This document shows, piece by piece, positions 8,533-12,055 of a stretch of 12,055 nucleotides of DNA. The notes beneath the pieces are model-generated. The model had not been told where the DNA came from and did no database searches. It saw only the letters and a program-made list of their open reading frames with translations. The stretch is from an uncultured Candidatus Saccharibacteria bacterium (GTDB lineage: Bacteria > Patescibacteriota > Minisyncoccia > UBA6257 > UBA9933). How positions within the stretch are numbered: position 1 is the stretch's first letter; each line of letters opens with the position of its first letter. Both the position numbers and the translations under genes were made by a program. The stretch is from the NCBI GenBank assembly GCA_964482855.1, contig CAYZYY010000009.1:1-12055 (forward strand). Direction: 5' to 3'.

Positions 8533-8928
8533 ATGAAAAAGAGTAATATTGCAAAAATACTATTAATAAGCTTTGTGTTTCTTAGTTTATTTAATATTTC
8601 ATCCGTTAATAAACCCGTTTTGGCCGAGGATTATAGCCAGCAAAGCGCGATTAAGAAGCTTTGTGAAAATCCCGACGATTGTCCAATTAAAGCCCCGAGT
8701 GACGTTTTTAAAATCCTGGCAAAAGCCGTCCGATACGTTTACACTATTTTTTTCATCGTGGCAATAATCTTTATTCTTGTGGCGGCTTTCAACTTCCTAA
8801 CGGCCCAAGGAGAACCGGAAAAAATCAAGAGCGCCAGAAATCAAGTCTTCTGGGCGGTGATTGCCATTGCCATTGCCTTGATTTCGGTCGGCGCCGCCCA
8901 AATCATTAAAGCTTTTATAACGCCTTAA
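8533..8928 (+). CDS. Pilin-like small secreted protein P2 (VirB2/TrbC-like; subfamily B).
   Basis: Signal peptide ending '...VLA', variable region with a Cys pair 'CENPDDCP', then conserved 'VRYVYTIFFIVAIIFILVAAFNFLTAQGEPEKIKSARNQVFWAVIAIAIALISVG'. Confidence 0.65.
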   Translation: MKKSNIAKILLISFVFLSLFNISSVNKPVLAEDYSQQSAIKKLCENPDDCPIKAPSDVFKILAKAVRYVYTIFFIVAIIFILVAAFNFLTAQGEPEKIKSARNQVFWAVIAIAIALISVGAAQIIKAFITP

Positions 8929-8931
8929 AAT

Positions 8932-9414
8932 ATGTTTGGGAAAAAACTTATTTTTATCGCTTTGATAGTTTCGTTCGTTTGTTTGCCTTTTTTAAGCCAG
9001 GCAATTAATCCCGGCAGCATACCCGGGGCCAAAGACCTTGGAATCAGTCAGGAATCCCCGATACAGGGGCCTGGAGGACTATTAAACGTCGTTGCCGGCA
9101 TTGTTAAATGGGTTTATACCTTATTCTTTGTCATTGCGGTTCTTTTCATTCTTTTTGCCGCTTTCAATTATCTGACAGCCGGCGGCCAGCCGGAAAAAGT
9201 CAAAAGCGCCCAAGACCAATTGCTTTACGCCGCCATTGCCATTGCCATTGCCTTGATGGCAATCGGAGTCACTGCTATTATTAAAAATGTTCTGGAAGGA
9301 AAAACGAGCTCTTCGTCTCCGACTGAAAATAATTACTATAATTACCCGAATTACGAAGCGCCCCCGGGCACTTCTCCCAACAACGAACTACCTCCGGGCA
9401 CTTACAACATTTAA
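8932..9414 (+). CDS. Pilin-like small secreted protein P3 (subfamily B) with a C-terminal Tyr/Asn/Pro-rich low-complexity tail.
   Basis: Signal peptide '...LSQA', variable Gly/Pro-rich region, then conserved 'VKWVYTLFFVIAVLFILFAAFNYLTAGGQPEKVKSAQDQLLYAAIAIAIALMAIG'. Tail 'SSSSPTENNYYNYPNYEAPPGTSPNNELPPGTYNI'. Starts 3 nt after the P2 stop. Confidence 0.65.
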   Translation: MFGKKLIFIALIVSFVCLPFLSQAINPGSIPGAKDLGISQESPIQGPGGLLNVVAGIVKWVYTLFFVIAVLFILFAAFNYLTAGGQPEKVKSAQDQLLYAAIAIAIALMAIGVTAIIKNVLEGKTSSSSPTENNYYNYPNYEAPPGTSPNNELPPGTYNI

Positions 9415-9469
9415 AATCCGAATCAAAAAATTAAAAGGTCGGGATAAAAATTGAATTAGAAAATAAAAT

Positions 9470-9844
9470 ATGAAATTATCAAAAACAAAAGTTATTAAAC
9501 TTTCTCTTGTAATTTCCGTTATTGGGGTATTGGCGTTGGGGAGTATTGCTTTCGGGCAGGTTGCCCAAATCCCGGGAGTAAACCCAACCGGCCCGTCAAC
9601 CGTCGGGGGATTAATTGACGTAATAAGAGCCGTTGTCAGATGGGTTTATATCATATTCTTTGTTCTCGCGGTTTTGTTCATTCTCTTCGCGGCCTTCAGT
9701 TATTTGACCGCCGGAGGTGACGCGGAAAAAGTGGACAAAGCCAAAAGCCAGATTATTTACGCGGCAGTGGCCATTGCCGTTGCTTTGTTGGCGGTAGGAT
9801 TCGAAGTAATCATCAGAAATTTCCTTTCTTCCCCCACCGCTTAA
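9470..9844 (+). CDS. Pilin-like small secreted protein P4 (subfamily B).
   Basis: Signal peptide/transmembrane helix 'LSLVISVIGVLALGSIAFG', variable region, then conserved 'VVRWVYIIFFVLAVLFILFAAFSYLTAGGDAEKVDKAKSQIIYAAVAIAVALLAVG'. Confidence 0.65.
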   Translation: MKLSKTKVIKLSLVISVIGVLALGSIAFGQVAQIPGVNPTGPSTVGGLIDVIRAVVRWVYIIFFVLAVLFILFAAFSYLTAGGDAEKVDKAKSQIIYAAVAIAVALLAVGFEVIIRNFLSSPTA

Positions 9845-9863
9845 CGAAATCGTTTATAAAGAA

Positions 9864-9896
9864 AACTCAGCCCTTTTTCAGGGGCTGAGTTTTCCC
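9864..9896 (+). terminator. Rho-independent terminator after P4.
   Basis: Perfect 9-bp stem ACTCAGCCC (9865-9873) / GGGCTGAGT (9882-9890), 7-nt U-rich loop, then TTT and CCC. Confidence 0.6.
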
Positions 9897-9911
9897 AAAG
9901 TAAAATTGACA

Positions 9912-10283
9912 ATGAAATTTTTGAAAAAAATAAATTCTCTTAAGCTAAAATTAACCGGCCTGATACTGTCCGGCTCGGTTTTTTTAACGAATAAGGTTTT
10001 CGCGCAAACAACCGGAGGAAGTCCTTCTACTAAACTTGAAAATCCATTAGGAGAAACTAGCATTATTAAAATTATTAGTAATGTCCTAAATTATCTTATT
10101 TACATCAGTTTTCCTATTTTGGCTTTGATGATTCTAATTGGAGGTTTCCAGATTATGACCGCCCAAGACAATCCGGAAAAAATCAAAAAGGGCAGGACAA
10201 CCATAACATACGCGGTTATAGGCTTTGTAATCGTTTTAATATCCAAAGGAAGCGTTTTAATACTTTTAAAGATAATAAAATAA
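9912..10283 (+). CDS. Pilin-like small secreted protein P5 (subfamily A, closest to P1).
   Basis: The ORF track starts at TTG 9906; the first ATG is at 9912 (MKFLKK...). Signal peptide ending '...VFA', variable Ser/Thr/Gly-rich region, then 'LIYISFPILALMILIGGFQIMTAQDNPEKIKKGRTTITYAVIGFVIVLIS', which aligns with P1 'LVIPLAIIMIVVGGIMVMTAGGSTERASKGREIITAAVIGLVIALLS'. Confidence 0.6.
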   Translation: MKFLKKINSLKLKLTGLILSGSVFLTNKVFAQTTGGSPSTKLENPLGETSIIKIISNVLNYLIYISFPILALMILIGGFQIMTAQDNPEKIKKGRTTITYAVIGFVIVLISKGSVLILLKIIK

Positions 10284-10286
10284 AAA

Positions 10287-10321
10287 AACCCCCGACTGTA
10301 ATACTACTTAGTAGGGGGTTT
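10287..10321. terminator. Bidirectional hairpin terminator; the strong U-tract is on the minus-strand side, ending the 10348..12029 operon.
   Basis: A-run 10282-10288, stem AACCCCC (10287-10293) / GGGGGTT (10314-10320), inner sub-stem TACTA/TAGTA. Read on the minus strand: hairpin followed by T7. Confidence 0.5.
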
Positions 10322-10330
10322 GAAGCGAGT

Positions 10331-10367
10331 GTGTCTACTGAATTAACTTAGTAGACATTTCTTTTTA
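10331..10367 (+). terminator. Second hairpin plus T-tract; likely the plus-strand terminator for P5. It overlaps the last codons of the minus-strand gene.
   Basis: Stem TGTCTACT (10332-10339) / AGTAGACA (10350-10357), 10-nt loop, then TTTCTTTTT (10359-10367). Confidence 0.45.
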
Positions 10368-10881
10368 TAAAAACTTCGGCTGATTCGCCTTCCTTGCCGT
10401 AAAGGCGGAATATGCCGTTGGTTGGCCGGACGCCGTCATGGGCCGGTTGGTTCGGTTGGCGGATGAATTTTCTTCCGTCAACGTACTCGATTATAACCGG
10501 AGTATTGTAATCTATCCGGTATTCCGAGCCGGGTGGTGTGATTATCCAACCGCCCACTTCTCGTGACAGCCGTTGCCCCGAAGGAATCAACCTTACTTTG
10601 AGCTGGTCTTTTTCCGAGAAGTCGTAGTTCGGATAAATCTGGGCAATTGCCTCCATTTGAGAAACCGGTCTGTTGTACCACTTGTATCCCAGATATACTC
10701 CCAGCGGTACCAAAACGATTACGATGATCCAGCCGACACTTATCTTTTTTTTTGTAGCCGTTGCAGTCGCTGTGGTTTGTTGTGGGCCTTGTTGTACGTC
10801 CACCGCTGTTTTTTTACTGCGTATTCCGTAGTAAAAAAGCACTACCGCAGCAACGAAAAAAAGAATTAAGTCTACTCTCAT
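10348..10881 (-). CDS. Hypothetical membrane protein (two transmembrane helices, Thr/Ala/Gln-rich linker, roughly 110-aa C-terminal beta-rich soluble domain); translationally coupled partner of the SPFH protein.
   Basis: ATGA overlap with the upstream gene (10878-10881). Strong Shine-Dalgarno sequence GAAGGAGGAG 7 nt upstream. Transmembrane helix 1 'LILFFVAAVVLFYY', linker 'QQGPQQTTATATATKKK', transmembrane helix 2 'VGWIIVIVLVPLGVYLGY'. Not recognisably NfeD-like. Confidence 0.5.
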   Translation of the reverse strand: MRVDLILFFVAAVVLFYYGIRSKKTAVDVQQGPQQTTATATATKKKISVGWIIVIVLVPLGVYLGYKWYNRPVSQMEAIAQIYPNYDFSEKDQLKVRLIPSGQRLSREVGGWIITPPGSEYRIDYNTPVIIEYVDGRKFIRQPNQPAHDGVRPTNGIFRLYGKEGESAEVFIKRNVY

Positions 10882-12029
10882 TTTCTCTCCTCCTTCTTTT
10901 CTTCTTTCTTAAAACTTTCTCCTATTGCGGAAGCGATACCTACCAGCTCAGAGAAGCCAGAGGAACCAATAACTATAGTTTTTTGACCGGGGTTTTGTGT
11001 GATTACCCTGGCTGTTTCCGCGCCTAGGGCTGCCGAGCCGTGGATTTGAAGTTCATTCGCCATTTGTTTTAAACCCTCCGTTCTACCGAAGAGAGTGGCT
11101 TTTTCTTTAGCTCCTAGTCCTTCGCCTTCAAGACGGTCTTTTTCTCTGGTTAGATTCGCTATCGGCACTGACGCAATAGCTGTGTTGAGGGAACGATTAA
11201 AGTTAATTACTTTGACCTGAACGTCTTCCAATTCAATTCCCCAACCAGTAATCCTTTTTTCGATTTCGTATTCGAGACTCATGCTGTATCTGCCAAGATT
11301 CGCCAAAGCCACAGCCGGTGTAATTTTTGCAAACTCGCGGGTAAGAGAACTAATTGCACGGTCTTCCATTTGCCGGCGAGCCTCTGTCCTACTGCCGATA
11401 GTGGTCAAAAACCGAATAAAATTTTTGATTTTCCAACGGATAACAGGGACAACTTCCGCAGTTACTCTGATATCAAGGGGATCGTCCTCTGGGAAAGCTG
11501 TTAGATCCAGTTCTTTCTCTCCTTCGGAAGTTACAAGCTTAATCTTTTCAAGTTCTTTAATTCCCTTTTTAAACCCGAAAGGAATCCTTATTGGCGGGAA
11601 AAATCCGGGAGGTACGATTTCTACATCTTCTTTTCTGAAGATATGTTGAGGGTCCGCAGGAATTTCATCTTGGATTGTAAGCCTGGTTTCTTTTTCTAGT
11701 TGGCATATTCCAAATGGAACAAATACGAAACCCGAAGAAAGTTCATATAATGGTTTACCAAAGAAGAGCTTCGCTCCAAGTTCCGTCGGTCCCACCATTC
11801 TAATACTGATGAGTACGTAAATTATTTGGGTCAAAAACGTCGCCAACCCCCAGTTCCATTTCAATTCTATTTCGAAGAGACTCACCGATTTTGAATAATT
11901 CGATAACCAGAAAATTTCCGCGAGAAGAAAGATTGCGAAAATTGAACTTGTAATTACCCAAAAAACCGTCATTTTTTTCTTTCTATCTCCTTTTTCTTCT
12001 TCCGTATCTACATCTACTAAAGAATTCAT
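10878..12029 (-). CDS. SPFH/band-7 (stomatin/HflKC/flotillin-like) domain membrane protein with a Lys/Glu-rich C-terminal tail.
   Basis: Preferred start is ATG (reverse complement of 12027-12029) with AGGAG 6 nt upstream. The ORF also stays open to the window edge (TTG at 12050), so the 5' end is uncertain. N-terminal transmembrane helix 'VFWVITSSIFAIFLLAEIFWL'. SPFH-like core 'MVGPTELGAKLFFGKPLYELSSGFVFVPFG...' and '...ITGWGIELEDVQVKVINFNRSLNTAIA...REKDRLEGEGLGAKEKATL' follow the conserved SPFH pattern (V.P.E.GV..FGK...L.PG.HF..PF ... WGI.V..V.I.DI..P..V..AM...AEGE). Tail 'KKEEKKEERK'. Confidence 0.7.
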   Translation of the reverse strand: MNSLVDVDTEEEKGDRKKKMTVFWVITSSIFAIFLLAEIFWLSNYSKSVSLFEIELKWNWGLATFLTQIIYVLISIRMVGPTELGAKLFFGKPLYELSSGFVFVPFGICQLEKETRLTIQDEIPADPQHIFRKEDVEIVPPGFFPPIRIPFGFKKGIKELEKIKLVTSEGEKELDLTAFPEDDPLDIRVTAEVVPVIRWKIKNFIRFLTTIGSRTEARRQMEDRAISSLTREFAKITPAVALANLGRYSMSLEYEIEKRITGWGIELEDVQVKVINFNRSLNTAIASVPIANLTREKDRLEGEGLGAKEKATLFGRTEGLKQMANELQIHGSAALGAETARVITQNPGQKTIVIGSSGFSELVGIASAIGESFKKEEKKEERK

Positions 12030-12055
12030 ATTCGTCTCCTTTCCAGCCAATCGGC

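Noticed and set aside
8573-8767. Alternative-frame ORF inside P2 (64 aa).
   Set aside because: Same strand, different frame, fully inside the better-supported P2 CDS, whose frame encodes the family-conserved motif.
9906-9911. TTG start at 9906 for P5 as given in the ORF track.
   Set aside because: An in-frame ATG follows 6 nt later (9912) and gives a canonical 'MKFLKK' signal-peptide N-terminus. TTG at 9906 cannot be excluded without experimental data.
10380-10900. Apparent GC-rich island suggesting horizontal transfer of the 10348..12029 operon.
   Set aside because: Spot counts gave about 52-58% GC here, but similar values occur within gyrA (about 58% in 4141-4200), while the pilin genes are about 30%. 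GC is heterogeneous throughout, so composition alone does not support HGT. It is retained only as a caveat in the SD finding.
1-12055. CRISPR arrays, tRNA/rRNA genes, IS elements and integrases.
   Set aside because: There is no periodic repeat-spacer structure. Intergenic gaps are too short (at most about 75 nt) for a tRNA. No transposase or integrase-like ORF and no terminal inverted repeats were seen.

Overview
The window is 12,055 bp of compact bacterial chromosome with 15 supported CDSs, almost no intergenic space, and no rRNA, tRNA or CRISPR that I could see. Twelve of the 15 genes lack a Shine-Dalgarno sequence; together with the tight packing and a distinctive small-protein family, this suggests a small-genome lineage, possibly Candidate Phyla Radiation/Patescibacteria. 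That attribution is inference.

Genes in order:
- 159..1412 (+): radical SAM enzyme with a SPASM/twitch-like C-terminal domain.
- 1362..2972 (-): apolipoprotein N-acyltransferase Lnt, overlapping the radical SAM gene convergently by 51 nt.
- 3047..10283 (+): a back-to-back co-directional block. It contains a degenerate metallo-beta-lactamase (MBL)-fold protein, a small membrane protein, gyrA, a membrane-anchored orphan solute-binding protein (SBP), and then a tandem array of five small secreted proteins (P1-P5). I read these five as VirB2/TrbC-like type IV secretion system (T4SS) pilins, in two subfamilies. A cytoplasmic coiled-coil protein sits inside the array.
- 10348..12029 (-): an SPFH/band-7 protein translationally coupled (ATGA overlap) to a two-helix membrane protein. 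These are the only two genes in the window with a strong Shine-Dalgarno sequence.
- Rho-independent terminator hairpins lie at 9864..9896 and in a face-to-face pair at 10287..10367.

The most interesting signal is the five-gene pilin-like array. The paralogs have hypervariable N-terminal regions and a conserved two-helix hairpin with a (L/M)TAGG-PEK-K motif. There is evidence of recent duplication or gene conversion between two of them. No cognate T4SS ATPase or channel genes are in the window. The second candidate is the orphan radical SAM/SPASM enzyme, which has no precursor peptide in view.
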